From NCBI RefSeq assembly GCF_006345805.1, contig NC_043011.1, positions 15,450,464 through 15,514,463 of the forward strand: a stretch of 64,000 nt of DNA, read 5' to 3'. Shown here one piece after another: positions 24,533-38,594 of this stretch. The stretch is from Octopus sinensis. Taxonomy: Eukaryota. The notes below the pieces were generated by a model. The model was not told where the DNA came from and searched no databases. It worked only from the letters and a program-made list of their open reading frames with translations. Positions within the stretch are counted from its first letter, which is position 1, and every line of letters starts with the position of its first letter. Both the position numbers and the translations under genes were made by a program.

Positions 24533-25911
24533 CTTATATATGCATGCATGTATATATGTAAGATAAATATGAGATAATAGATTCGCTTTTATAGTTTCAG
24601 TATTAATAGTAGAACTATTAAAGTGAAAGTCTCTCCTATTACTATAGAAATGTTATGGTTTCACTGTTGACACGTAATACTGAAATAGGGTCAGAGATTA
24701 GAGACTGCTCCCAGCTCGCAATTGGCAAGAAGTTGGAAATTCCTTTTGCCCATGACACTGCAATGACCCCTAAATAAGTCATGCGTAAAATTTGAATGAC
24801 ATCGGTGAGTTAGTTCTCGCGTTTTCGTGATGCATACATACATACATCACACACCTTCTCAGTTTTATATATACAGATTAGAGTTTATTGTAGTAGGAGG
24901 AGATAATTATCCCAAGTGACCCAGTTATCAAAACTTCTAACAATAGAGGAAGGATCGGCTCTGAGCGCCTAGATTTTTATCTCAAGTAAGATGTTCATGT
25001 GTACTGGTGGGTGGTGAGAGAAGCAGTTAATGTCAGGTCAGCCTACTAAATTTTCAGATGTTATGGGACTATATGTAGGCTTAATCTTCGCAAAACAGGC
25101 AAGGCATGGGGTTGTAATAATGGAGTGAGTGATGAAATATGAATTTCATAAGGTGTAGCTGTGTGGTAAGAAGTAAGACAGAGGAACCTGAATTTACTTA
25201 GATTCATTACCTTATTAAAGACCTTGAGAAATAATGGAGTAAAATTCTAAAATAAAACGAAATAGGGGTGGTAATAAAGTCACAATAGAACAAAAGGAGG
25301 ACAATTACAATTTGTCATTGTTATAGAATTAAAATAGATGTAGAAATTAGATATATATTTGATGAATAAATTATATTTAAAATTATTAGAAGACAGTATC
25401 GAGTCGTATATGTTATGTTTATACTCTTATATTTTAAATACATATTATTTCTTATTAGCTGATGAGCCTAAATTCTAAATTCTTATAGTTAATAACGCTA
25501 CTTTACGTACCTTTTAAATAATTTTTTCTTCACTTTTTTCGCACTTATACGCAAGTGCAAGACTGTCTTGCCCGGTGAATGTGCACCACAGAAGTGTCAC
25601 GTTCTACTAACAGAGCAAGATTGTCGAGGCGCAAAGAAAATGTGAAATGCGCAAGTCCAGAACCATTTTCCTCGCCCTCAGTCAGCACAATTTCAAACTT
25701 CTTTTGTATAAGTACAACTGCTACGTAACTGTGGCAATCGGCACCAACTCTAAATAAGTGTTGGTCCCATTTGTCATAAACTGATTATTGTATCATCCAT
25801 GGACGCGAAGGTAATTTCAATAAGTCAAGAATATATCCTGTATGCTATTTCATATATCTTTATTTATACACGCATTGTCACACATATATTTAAACATATA
25901 TGGAGATACGT

Positions 25912-26207
25912 GTGGAGGCGCAATGGCCCAGTGGGTAGGCAGCGGACTCGCGGTTTCGATTCCCAGTCAGGGCCTTGTGAGTGTTTATTGAGCGAAAACA
26001 CCCAAAGGTCCACGAGGCTCCGGCAGGGGGTGATGGTGATCCCTGCCGTACTCTTTCGCCACAACTTTCTTCCACTCTTTCTTCTGTTGGCCTGCTAACT
26101 TAGCCAGCGGGGTGGCGTCATTTGAAAGCTAAAACAATGCAAAGCGCATTGTGACCAGCGATGTGTAGCAACATCTGATAGCCTGGTCGGTCACGGTGAT
26201 CACGGTG
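25912..26207 (+). mobile_element. SINE family C (tRNA-derived head) with tail type 1
   Basis: Head GTGGAGGCGCAATGGCCCAGTGG...GGTTTCGATTCCC. Perfect 14-bp TSD ATATGGAGATACGT (25898-25911 and 26208-26221). Ends in TCACGGTGA repeats. Confidence 0.92.
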
Positions 26208-27413
26208 ATATGGAGATACGTATATTTATATATGTATATAAAAACACTATTGCTATACACTTAAAATAATAAATTCCTTTATCGTTGTTGATGCCATAAT
26301 TCAGTATCAGTAGACGTGTGCTTGCCTGAAATATAAGGCCATATATATACTTGTGATATCTGTTAGCACTGTTTAGTCTCGGTTCTTCACTGGAAATAAG
26401 TACTTTATTATTTCCCCGGGGAGTTGCATATGTTTCAACTTAATTCCTATTTACGTTTTGTTTTACAATTACTTTGAATTTAATTTAAGACACCAACCAT
26501 TTAAAAGATGAAATCGATCTGAATGTTAACTCCATGAAACATCGAAACTATACTTTAGTACCAGAGATACATATAGTTTAAATGGCGCATACATCAATGG
26601 TAATCGCATGTAGAATATGCAAATGACAATAATTATGTAAATACAAATATTCGTTTTGAATGTTTGAGAATGCTGGAGATTGATGGATTGACACAAACAG
26701 TTGTGCACAAGATTAAATATATTTAATATAGGCAGTTTGTGAACTGAGTTCAAATTTCCACAAACAACTTTGCATTTCATGTCTAGGAGTCAATAAAAAT
26801 ATGAATCATCAATATACTTGATGTACTTAATCGATTGGGCCGCACATATTAGCCAACCGTATGCAAAGAAGATCGATATAAAAACAACCACAGCTGAACA
26901 AATCAATATGGGTCTAGGATTCATGTCACGTGATAAAACAATGAACTATTGCTCTGTACCAAGTCCATAGGGAAGATACTTATCTTTTGTTGCACCGATT
27001 GCAGCAATATAATTAGTCATTAGTCTACATTTTTTTTATTATATGTACGTTAATGATCGTTGAGTGTAGGAAAGTAATTACTACCCCCGTTCCCTGTAAA
27101 CTCGTATGCTCTTAGTAAATAACTTTATTTTTCAATTGTCTAGTCTACATCATTATCAATATATACGACCAGCATATATTTAATGTGGCAAGATTCGATA
27201 TATTTCATTTATTTATTTTTACCTAGTCATAAGATCACATATTTACGCGGAAAAGGAAATGTATTCAGCGACTTTTTATGGTTTTTCTTCCTGTACATTA
27301 AAGGCGTCTGTGAAATGAATTAATTTCTAATCTGAAATCAAAAACCAGGTTAGCAGAGAATTAGCTGCTATGTTAGCTCGCTGTCTTGCTCATTGGTAAC
27401 ACACTTTACACAA

Positions 27414-27646
27414 GGCGGCGAGCTGGCAGAAACGTTAGTACGCCGGGCGAAATGCGTAGCCGTATTTCGTCTACCGTTACCTTTCTGAGTTCAAATTCCG
27501 CCGAGGTCGACTCTACCTTTCATCCTTTCGGGGTCGATAAATCAAGTACCAGTTACACACTGGGGTCGATGTAATCGACTTAATCCGTTTGTCTATACTT
27601 GTTTGTCCCCTCTGTGTTTAGCCCCTTATGGGTAGTAAAGAAATAA
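27414..27646 (+). mobile_element. SINE family A, young full-length copy
   Basis: Perfect 20-bp direct repeat GTAACACACTTTACACAAGG (27396-27415 and 27647-27666), the last bases overlapping the head. Confidence 0.95.
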
Positions 27647-29028
27647 GTAACACACTTTACACAAGGACAGCTCAAAAGTTATATGATAGACGTATGCTTC
27701 GCTGTCTCATTTTGTTTGTACTTAAATAACCCCGAAGGGATTGCTTGAAAAGGGAAGGTTCAAGGAAACTGTTGTGACTCATATGATATGTAACACTATT
27801 CAACAATATCATGTGAAGTGCAGTATGACTTAGATATTGATTTATACCTTAACTAGCACTATGACCCGGCGTTACTGGTTCATAGTAGTAGTGCATGCAT
27901 ATACAGCTTCGTACTGTCTAAATCTCCGACCAATCACATACAGCTATCTTGCATTCAATTGGCGTATCACGTTTCGGGCATTTTGATTGGGTTTTGGATA
28001 GAAAATTCACAAAAAGCCACTTCTATTGATCTTTTAATGGCCTTACAGGGTGACTGGGGAAATATAAAGATGTGCACGACCATCATTGAACCGTTTTAAA
28101 TGACCATAGAAAGTGCGAGCCCTCTAACTGCAGAATTGTGGATTTGTATAAAGGACACACACACAGGCATTTTGCCGTTTATACATATAGAGTTAACAAG
28201 GGAAGTAACTTGTGGTAGTTCTCCGTAGATTCACAACGAAGGTTCAGTTGCTCGATAAACTAAATTACCTGCTTATAAATCAATGTATAAATTGCTGAGC
28301 GTTCCAGAGGCACGCGTTCCCTAACGAAATCCTTCGGCAGAATCAGCTTGACAGTTTTGTGACAAAGCTGTGCTTTTTCGATTCAGATGTGCAACCCACG
28401 CGACGGAGTTGTACATACTTTGGGCTTCCCAATTTCACTTATCACGTATGAGTCGCACCAAAGCGATAGACAATGGCAGTCCTCCAAGAGGAAACGCAGT
28501 AGGGTGGGAACCGGGACCTCAAGAATGCAAAGCAAACTTGAACATAAAGTTATGTTGCGCTGACAATATGTACGTATACTAAAAGTAAGCTAATGGATAT
28601 AAAAATGCTCAATTCACTCAAGAATTTTGCCCAGCATGTTTCTTTAAGCTGAACAGAAACTGAAATATAAATTTAAAATTTTTCATATTTTTCTATGTGG
28701 AACGAATCTAATGTAATAGTTTTAAGTATGACTTCAAGCTAAGTGAACGATATTCCCAACACACTCAGTACGTGAGCAGTCGTTTCATTTCATACGCTAA
28801 TGTTTAAGTTGCATATGCAGATATAATTAAAGAGCTGTCATTCTCCTTCCTTCACTTCAGTACTATTTAAATTTAATCCTGGATGTTAAATAAGGACTAT
28901 TTTTATCTGTGAAATGTTGCTATTATTAAAATATTCTATGTTGTTCTTTCAATGTTTTGTATTAAAACAAGATTGAATAACTTTGTATGTGTTGCAAGTG
29001 GCTTCATGAGTACGCATATATATGAGAC

Positions 29029-29418
29029 TGGCAGACACGTTAGCGCGCCGAAGGAAATGCTTAGCGGTATTTTGTTTGTCGTTACATTCTGAGTTAAAAT
29101 TGCCTTTCATCCTTTCGGGGTCGATAAATAAGTACCAGTTTCGCACTGGAGTCGATATAATCGACTTAAACTTAATCCGTTTGTCTGTCCTTGTTTGTCC
29201 CCTCTGTATTTAGCCCCTTGTGGGTAGTAAAGAAATAGGTATTTCGTCTGACGTTACGTTCTGAGTTCAAATTGCGCCGAGGTCGACATTGCCTTTCATC
29301 CTTTCGGGGTCGATAAATAAAGTATCAGTTTCGCACTGGGGTCGATGTAATCGACTTAATCCCTTTGTCTGTCCTTGTTTGTTCCCTCCCTGTTTAGCCC
29401 CTTGTGGTCAATAAAGAA
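29029..29418 (+). mobile_element. SINE family A dimer inside one TSD
   Basis: Unit 1 runs to AAAGAAATA (29237); unit 2 restarts at GTATTTCGTC (29239). Flanked by ATATATATGAGACTG (29016-29030) and ATATATATGAAACTG (29419-29433). Confidence 0.85.
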
Positions 29419-29519
29419 ATATATATGAAACTGAACCCAAAACCATATATTTCGGAGGCAAACTACTTGCTACAGAGCCACGCCCGCGCCTAGACATTCG
29501 TCCAAAACGAATTAAACCT

Positions 29520-29717
29520 GTACACACATACATACACACACACACACATATACATACATACATACATACACACACACATACATACACACACATACATACA
29601 TACATACATACATACATACATACATACATACATACATACATACACACACACATACACACATACATACATACATACATACATACATACATACATACATACA
29701 TACATACATACATACAT
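29520..29717. repeat. (CATA)n/(CA)n microsatellite
   Basis: Directly visible; explains the MYVC-repeat ORFs. Confidence 0.95.
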
Positions 29718-30255
29718 GGTGGCTGCCCCCTCGTTATCGAGTATGGTCATTGCACGAAGCTTAATCAATGTTCTTATTGTGAAATGCCTGTGCAAGAAGA
29801 TTTTTTTAAGTGAGGAAAGACTGTGCACTGAGTCAATCCCACTCACTAAACAACAGCAGCCATAATCCGAAAAGAAGAACAAGTTAACATCATCGGTAAC
29901 CACTGAGCCGCAGGTTTTATGTCGGAGTTATCCCAGTTACCTAGAAGGATGCCCCAACAAAGGCTAGGGGACCTTCATTCCCAATGGTTTAACCGCGCGA
30001 TCGGGTATTCAGTCCAATTATTTCTATATCCCCGCGCATGATACAGCCTTAAGACATTTACTGGATGGCCGCTGACTCTCACGAGTCCCTCTGCTCTTTG
30101 ACGGGTTTTGTTTTTCATCCCGCAGGGTATCCAATAAACAACCACCTCACCAAGGAAGCCTGGTGGGGTTGCCGGTTTAGTCACCGACGGCCCGACCTTG
30201 CAACAGGTTGTACTGGGTTACATGTTACCAGTAGCACTCAAAAATGACCTGTCAT
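29718..30255. other. GC-richer unclassified segment between microsatellites, probably a LINE (RTE-like) 5' region
   Basis: Composition differs abruptly from the flanks and it is bounded by (CATA)n arrays. No ORF motif was recognised, so the classification is a guess. Confidence 0.3.
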
Positions 30256-30879
30256 AGCATACGTACATACATATATACATACATACATATATTCATACAG
30301 ATATATTTGTATATGTATATACACATATCAATATATACACACACATATACATACATATGCATACATATCCACATTGTTTAATAAACGCTAAAATATATCT
30401 ATAATATTGTATTAAGTTTTCCATAATTAACAGAAACTATCAGGTGTCTAATAAGCACAGTTTGTTAGTGTTAAAATCTTATAATAATTTTGCTTGTCAT
30501 TATCTGGCGATTCCACATGATTAGAGAAAAGACTGGGAAATAAAAGAGGGAAAAAGAAAAAGAGGGTGAGAGAAGCGTCCATGTCATGAGGTACAGAGAA
30601 CGTAATTGTAACGTTTTCACGGGATTAGTTTAAGGGAAAGACAAAACAAGAGAAAGAAAAAGAGGATAACGTGAAGAGTGGATCAGATAGAGAGAGAGAA
30701 AGAAAAAGTGGTGGGAGAGTGAAGAAAAGACGGAGTGAGAGGCATCCATGACAAATGGTGGGGGAACGTAATATTTACTACGTGGTTAAAAAAGTTAGTT
30801 GAAGGTGGTGATATAGAAGAGATTTAGGAATATAATTTTAGCAGAGGGGTGATGTTCTGACAATGAAATTAGAGAAAAG

Positions 30880-30917
<38 letters not shown>

Positions 30918-31656
30918 TAGAGAGGGGGAGAGAGAGAGAAAGAGAGAGAGAGTGGGAGATGATGGTGGCGGTGAAGGTGGCGATGGTGAACGCATTGTGA
31001 AAAGTAATTTGTTTTTAATTGAATCAATTTTTTTTTATATCACCTATCACGCAACGCACGCACATCCCAAACTTGCCATTCACTTTAGAAAGAAATCAAT
31101 TTCTCGTTCGCCTGTCATATGCAATGAATATCAATAAATCACAAGATCAAACATTTTGATAAAATGGAGTTTTTCTTGCCTGAACCTGTATTCGGCCATG
31201 GTCAGCTATATGTTGCATTCTCGAGGACACGCAAATTAATGTTATCAAGACTGACAAACAAAGGAAAAGAAGAGGGAATCTGCAAAGAAGTATTAGACTG
31301 AAAGGAGTACACAAACTGAAACGTGTATTGGCTTAGACGTTGATGAGATTTTCAGAGTATGCCATGTTTTTACCTCGTGAAATTGGGATCCCTGTACATT
31401 ATATATAACATTATATTTTTTTTTACTATAAAATTTTTGTTTTCAAGATATGAAATTATGACCACGTGAATTTTAAGAAGTAATTTTTTCCGTTTATGGG
31501 AAAAACGGAAAAGTAAGAGTGACAATTTATTTTATGAGTGCTGTGTATTAGAACTATAAAACTGTGCATAAAGTAATATATATATATATATACATATATA
31601 TGTGTGTGTGTATATATATATGCATACATACATACAAATATATATATGTGTATATA

Positions 31657-31751
<95 letters not shown>

Positions 31752-32062
31752 AAGCACATTAAATAATTATCGTATTCCAATTTCCTTCACTTCTCAGTGA
31801 ATAGCAAATGAGCGACTCTCTTTTGATATAGACACAACGCAGGTTATGCTTTCAAGCTCTTTGGAAGTTTTCAGGAATACGCCAATAGGTTTACTATAAA
31901 TTCGGTGAAATATTCACGGGTCCAGCTAGTATTTATAAATACAACACGTTTTAGATAGCGCTGAGGAGTATTGTAACGCGAGATATAATTATTCGTGAGA
32001 AATATTCCTTACCCATTAATACGTACGTACATACATATGCATATATATATATATATATATAT

Positions 32063-32107
<45 letters not shown>

Positions 32108-33123
32108 GTTATATACTGTCAACATAACCTGACAGTCCCATAAAGGGAATTACATCACCGCTATTTAGCCCTTGGAAGCATCGACGCTTCCTGTCGGCTT
32201 TGACACATTTCCTGTGTCCTTATATTTGCGAAGGACACAGGAAATATATATATATATGAAGAGATATTAATGAAGCCGTTTGCTAGAATAATTTGACAAT
32301 CTCTAATGTTCCTTTCTACAAGAAAATACTGTACTCTCATGCTGTAAGTAAGACACGTCAATAGAGGAATTGAAGTCTAAGCGAATTAACAAGCAACATT
32401 TCTAGTAATGTGTCACAAACTAATATCAAAACCCAACGGATTTCACAGAAACTTGGAAGACGATTCTAAATGTCTTAAACATATATATCTTCACACGCAT
32501 TCGTCTTAAGCTCAAATTGAGGTCGAATGTATTCATACTGTTCCGTATATTGAGTAAATTCAATCAACTATGCAGCTCCTTTTAAAAACTTCACTCTGAT
32601 GGAATCAATATTCGTGTCAATACATTATTGATCGATGAATATTATATATTATGATAGCATTAGCTTTCATGTCCAACGGTCTTCATATAACAAAGAACAT
32701 GTGGTTATCCAACATCTCATTAACATCGTCAATGAATCCCTTCCCATTCGAAATTTCATTTATTAATTTCTTAATGTGGTGCAGATTAAAAACGACACTG
32801 CTAAGACATCTAAGGCATCGCATACATAAATCAGTTATGTTAACTTCTGCCATATATTTCAGATGGCGAAAATTTAACAATAAATATATAAACAAAATAG
32901 AGCCAATATATACATACACACACACATATATATATATACAAACACATGCATACATATAAATATAAGAATATATATCAACGTATGCTTTATATGTCAAGTC
33001 ATATATTAAATCAATTTAACATTATACTGAAGGATTAATCAACATTTTTAGAATATGAACTGTACTTTAAGGTCTACCAATGAAAAAGTTGGCAGTGGCT
33101 TCTAAATTTCGGCTTCATAAGAA

Positions 33124-33184
<61 letters not shown>

Positions 33185-33285
33185 CGTATACATATGTGTA
33201 CATGTATTTGTGTGTATATTTTCGTTTTGCATTTATATGTCTGTGTATGTATGTGGTCTGCGCACATTATATATATATATATATA

Positions 33286-33490
33286 AAGTTAATCCAAACA
33301 TGAAAACACAAAGAGAAAACACAACAACGCGAGGACGTGGAACAAGTATAGTATTATTGGACACTCAGGAAAGAAGGGAAGGAGGAGGGCTTAACGTTTC
33401 CAGCGGAGCCCTTCGTCAGAAACATAGGAAAAGGAAAGATGCAAAGAAGGGCAGACGGAAGAAAAAATCGCCAACGGTACACTCGCGGTC
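33286..33490 (-). mobile_element. Second copy of the 9750-9935 PLE-type terminus, with degenerate hammerhead at 33389-33424
   Basis: The reverse complement reads TGTTT-CTGACGA-A-GGGC(TCC)GCTG-GAAACGTT-AAG. The flanking sequence is alignable to 9750-9935. Confidence 0.7.
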
Positions 33491-33728
33491 ACATATATAT
33501 ATACATATGTGCGTGTGTGTGTGTATATAGGGGTGAGTGGATAAACAAAGAGGCATTTAGCACATTCTGTAGGTGTTACATGTATTTATTATTTAAGATA
33601 GTTGGATTTGGCCCTATGAGACTTAAAGTTTCCTATTCATTTACGGAAATATTTCTTCTCAGGCTTAGTTAACGGAATGGAGAGATGCAGGAAGCCCACG
33701 ATGGCTACTGGAAACTGGTCTGGATGAC

Positions 33729-34420
33729 CAGAAAGGAAAAATAATATTTTTCAACCCTACATTTAACCTAGAAGTGGCCACCAACGTAACTAGATGTTTC
33801 TCATCGTTAATTAAGAAACATTTCCCCAGAGGACGTAAGTTCTACAACCTACATAACGTCAAGGTCAGCTACTTCTTCTTAAACAACATCGTTTCTTACA
33901 TTGCATGCTACAATATGCACCCACACGACCTCTAAACCCCATGTGCTCTCCGAAACTCTACGAAACTCTACCAGCTGCCCTCTGGGAGAATGCTGCGTCG
34001 CAAGCGCTGCAGACACCCCCACGGCATTCGATGGCGTTACAAAGGACTACACCTGCATTACAACCAATGAGTCCAAGAAAAGATACACGCAGCATATACA
34101 TACGCTGAGATACAGGAATGGAGAGAGAATTCCACCTCTTCGTCTCGTATTCTTTCGAGACTTCGTGACCTCCGGAATAAATCCTCAACATTCAATTGAC
34201 CATCATGGATAGAGCCCCACCGTGCTTATGCGGAGACCGCAATTGCTAGCTTTGTCTCCATGGAAGACTTTATATTCTCCACTACTCTGCAGTATCTAGC
34301 AACCAAAAAAGCGAAATATCTTATTGCTGCCATCAGAGGTACACCCTCCTGGTGAATGTCAATCCACAGTCCTCAAACAACCTAAAAACATTCCACCTTA
34401 ACATTGATTGTACCTGAACA
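33729..34420 (+). pseudogene. Decayed Penelope-like element ORF (RT-thumb linker and GIY-YIG domain)
   Basis: Manual translation across frameshifts: KGKIIFFNPTFNLEVATNVTRCFSSLIKKHFPRGRKFYNLHNVKVSYFFLNNIVSYIACYN; SCPLGECC...DYTCITTNESKKRYTQHIHTLRY; IMDRAPPCLCGDRNC*LCLHGRLYILHYSAVSSNQKSEISYCCHQRYTLL. These match the PLE consensus blocks (IIWFNPP...KHFP...VKVSYSC; CPL.G.C; YIG.T...K.RY..H; C.LC..EK..I...N..SE...C.H..K.LL). Confidence 0.8.
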
Positions 34421-35109
34421 CTAGCTGTTCCACAACTAAGAACAAGATTCCTAACCACCGATGCCTACGCAGGTTACGGGATCCGCTTTCAACTCCCCTA
34501 TACGTGGACGTGCAGTCACATATATACACCCGTGTACGCATGATTTTCTGCCCTTTCTTTATCATCTTAACAACCCCACCAAAACATTTCCTCCTTAAAA
34601 CTACCAAAACTTCAAACCCACTCAAAATTTCGTCTCTCCTCGAAACGCTGTTGCAGCCACACTACCGGATCTCTGTCTTGTTCGCACAAGCAAATACCGA
34701 AATAATAAATGTATATGTACATACGGACACATACATGCGCTTCCAGGAGAACACGAACATATCCATACATATGCATACAAATACTTGAGTGTATATATAT
34801 TCACGTTCACCAATGATCCAAACACACACCCATGCATGCATCCCAAACACGTTCGCACAGCCACACCTACACAGCAGGCACTAGCGCACAAGTATTCGTA
34901 CACAGACACATATATGCGACTGATACAAACACAGCTGATATAAGCAGCTGACGTATATATACTCATACTCGCGCTCGCGAGTACTCATAGATGGCTGATA
35001 CAAATACGCTGCCAAAAGTACACGAACCCTGGTAAAGACACACATACGCACCAATGAGCTGAAATCACCAGCTCTTACTCACTGGCCATCTTACACACAT
35101 CTGCAGCCT

Positions 35110-35395
35110 CATACATACATACATACATACATACATACATACATACATACATACATACATACATAAATACATACATACATACATACATACATACATACAT
35201 ACATACATACATTCATACATATATACATACATGCATACATACATACATGCATACACACATACATACATGTATACATACATACATGCATAAACTTATGCAT
35301 TTATACATACATACATCCATACATATATGCATCCATACACACATACATACATGAATACATACATACATATATACATGCATACATACATATATATA
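35110..35395. repeat. (CATA)n microsatellite
   Basis: Directly visible. Confidence 0.95.
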
Positions 35396-36477
35396 TTTAC
35401 AGACAGCAGATACACACACAGACGGCAGACACTTACATCTATGCATTCGTTCATCTGATATACACACGCGATCGGTTTGTATGACAATGCTGAAATCTGA
35501 GACATAGTAGCTCCCTCTACATTAAATACACGGAAATGGAAGTTGTCATACCATGACATTCGTCTGTGTACGAAAAATCATATATATATATATAACTTAT
35601 ATCAATTTTGACCTCAAAATTACTTTTACTGCTAATCTCTAAAATGTTGATTTCTTAAATTTTCCCTGGACTTAAATAGGTGCTCATATAAGCCCTATCA
35701 TAAACTGAAGGAAGAACGTTTATATTTAAACAGTCGTGTCATCCCTAATCATATTTAAAAACCGTGTAGCTAATTTCAGTAATATGATATCTAATCTCTC
35801 TTCTTGTTAGGAAATATTCAATAATGCACCCCACCCCTAAAATAGCCGTTCCTTGGCTAATAATGGCTTCAATTAATAATATGAAAACTGGGTGTGTTAT
35901 TGAAAAATCCAGGAAAATAATATTGTTTGCTCTTTCTTTCACTTTGAACGTTAAGGCAACCATAGGCAAAATTTTGCGGCATTATTTGATAGAAATTTCG
36001 CAGTTAACGGTAAATACAAGAATATTGTCAATAGTCGCTCTGTGAATACGCACTACTACTCAATATGAAAGACATTATCACACGTAAGCCACGTCAGGAG
36101 TGCACTCCAAATTTTAATTGTCAAAACTGAAATGCTTGCTCGTTCAGGCATAATTGATAAACTCAGTGGCGTATTAACCTAAAGCTTTAGCAATGCTTGA
36201 AAATAAGCAAATTCAGACGAAAAATTACGTTGGTTTATGCGAAGGTAATTTTAAAAGAACACATGAAAACCACCAGTCTTCTTTCCTACACATGAATAAA
36301 AATGAAATCACAAAGTTGGCCAACCAAGTTGGGATGTGAATTCCAACTGCACAACACACGCAATCAAATACAGAATTGCGGAGCAAACCACAGTAAATAT
36401 AAATGATCAAATAGATGCAGTCTATGTGTAGAGGGAAGACTTCATGTTCGTTTAATATCCAAGAACTCCACCGAACT

Positions 36478-36627
36478 ACTTAATTCCACTATTTGCATTA
36501 TTCACATTTGTCGGATATTTGTCCTCATCTTGTCTGTTGTTAACACAACGTTTCGACTCCAGCGTTCATCAGGTGTCTTGGGGGAAATTTCGAACCTGGG
36601 TTCTTATTCCTAAGGTATTTTTCGATG
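36478..36627 (-). mobile_element. PLE-type terminus with hammerhead motif (36542-36577), next to a long (TAA)n array
   Basis: The reverse complement reads GACAC-CTGATGA-A-CGCTGGAGTC-GAAA-CGT-T-GTGTT: canonical core boxes, stem I GACAC/GTGTT, ACGU stem III, degenerate stem II. Confidence 0.6.
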
Positions 36628-36628
36628 T

Positions 36629-36712
<84 letters not shown>

Positions 36713-36872
36713 TACACCACCCTCACCCAGGTTGAACATGCAGTATCCAGATTTAGCCTTTCTCCTGTTGAATTATTTTCCACCTGCTATGTTAATTCTA
36801 ATTTGAACACCATCCATATTGATTCTAATTTTGATGAAAAAAGGGAAGCAATTCTTGGTTTTCTGTTCTTTC

Positions 36873-36903
<31 letters not shown>

Positions 36904-37390
36904 CTATGCCTTTTCTTTCTTCATTGCGCTTTTTCTCTTTCCACCTTCTGCATTCCTTCCAACTTTTCTTTCTCTTTTTCTCTCGTAGACCAGCAACGTT
37001 TCTCGTTATTTTCAAACAAAATCAGACACGTTGATCACTTGAATCACAAGGATTGCTTCGAGGCACAAATCATGATATATAAATCTGGGGATTTATTGTG
37101 TCTCAAACAGCGTGAATCTAATGATACCACTATAGGAAATATTGTGTATATTAAATGATATGTATATGTGTATGTGTATGTGTATATGTGTGTGTGAGTG
37201 TGTGTATGTGATTAAAAAAATCCAGTGAAGAAGGTAAGTGAAATAGGTTTTGAATTCATAGCAATTAGGGTCGAACTGATTTTATATATAATAATTGATA
37301 CCACTTCGAAGCATGGTTTCTTTGTACCCAGTTTTACTCTTTGAATAAATGTACCATATACATACATACATACATACACAGCCACTACTA

Positions 37391-37780
37391 GGTGTAGGAG
37401 TGGCTGTGTGGTAACTAGCTTGCTTACCAACCACATGGTTCCGGGTTCAGTACCACTGCGTGGCAACTTGGGCAAGTGTCTTCTACTAAAGCCTCGGGTT
37501 GACCAAAAGCCTTGTGAGTGGAATTAGTAGACGGAAACTCAAAGAAGCCCGTCGTATATATGTATATATATATATTTGTATGTGTGTGTGTATGTGTTTG
37601 TGTGTCTGTATTTGTCCCCCCCCTCCAACATCGCTTGAAAACCGATACTGGTGTGTTTACGTCCCGGCAAAAGAGACCGATAGAATAAGCACTAGGCTTA
37701 CAAAGAATAAGTCCTGGGGTCCATTTGCTCAACTAAAGGCGGTGCTCCAGCATGGCCACAGTCAAATGACTGAAACAAGA
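37391..37780 (+). mobile_element. SINE family B, full-length
   Basis: Same head, body and tail as 24066-24454. Confidence 0.9.
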
Positions 37781-37977
37781 AAAATTGAGACATACATACA
37801 TACATATATACATACATGCTACACACGCCCGGAGATGCACGCACACACATTCCTCACACACATATATTATATAGGTGTGTGTATGTGAGAAGAGGGAGAT
37901 AGAGTAGAGAATGTCACTAAACAGCACATAGCAGGACAATAAAATACCTTAATGTATTTGTGAACTATATACATTGT

Positions 37978-38390
37978 TATAGCAAGGTTGTCAGGTTTGA
38001 ATGGCGAAGCCACCTTGAGCATAATCCTATGAACCCGGAAAATTTAAAACAGAGGGTTACCTACTTGCAAACAAATATGGTAACATGTAACATCATTGAC
38101 CGAGGTTACCGTGGTCCTTCTGTAGGCTTTTCCTCCCACGGATAAACCTTATCTGTTTCCCCTTTTAAACTTTACACCATGACACTGTGATGCATGATCC
38201 CTATTGATCATTTTTTCCCTTTTTCCCTTTTTTTTCTTCTTTCCCTTTTACGATCCCTTTTGATCGAAAACCTAACCCACCTCTCTTTTTTTTTCTTCTT
38301 CTTCTCTCCCCCCAAAAGAAATGTTCTACTTCGTAATCTGTCCCGTCTGTGTGCAGCCCCGTGTGGCTAATAAAGAAACATATCATACAA
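37978..38390 (+). mobile_element. Probable LINE 3' end whose terminal sequence resembles the SINE A tail
   Basis: Ends GTCTGTGTGCAGCCCCGTGTGGCTAATAAAGAAACA versus SINE A CTCTGTGTTTAGCCCCTTGTGGGCAATAAAGAAATA, preceded by a pyrimidine-rich UTR-like tract. Confidence 0.4.
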
Positions 38391-38594
38391 AATTTGAAAT
38401 CATTTTAGTTTGATATAACATTCACGCCCTAGCTAGATCTTGTGTATTACAATACATCGAATACTGTTCTAAAACAATATCATACAGCATTGCTAACACC
38501 GATCATTGGCTCAAGAATTTCGCTATTTTACTATATAACTTTTCTAAAATTTGCTCACAAATCCTGAATATCGCTAAACTAAATCCATCCCATA

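Noticed and set aside
25912-25975. SINE heads as tRNA genes
   Set aside because: A and B boxes are present, but there is no complete cloverleaf and they continue into SINE bodies with TSDs.
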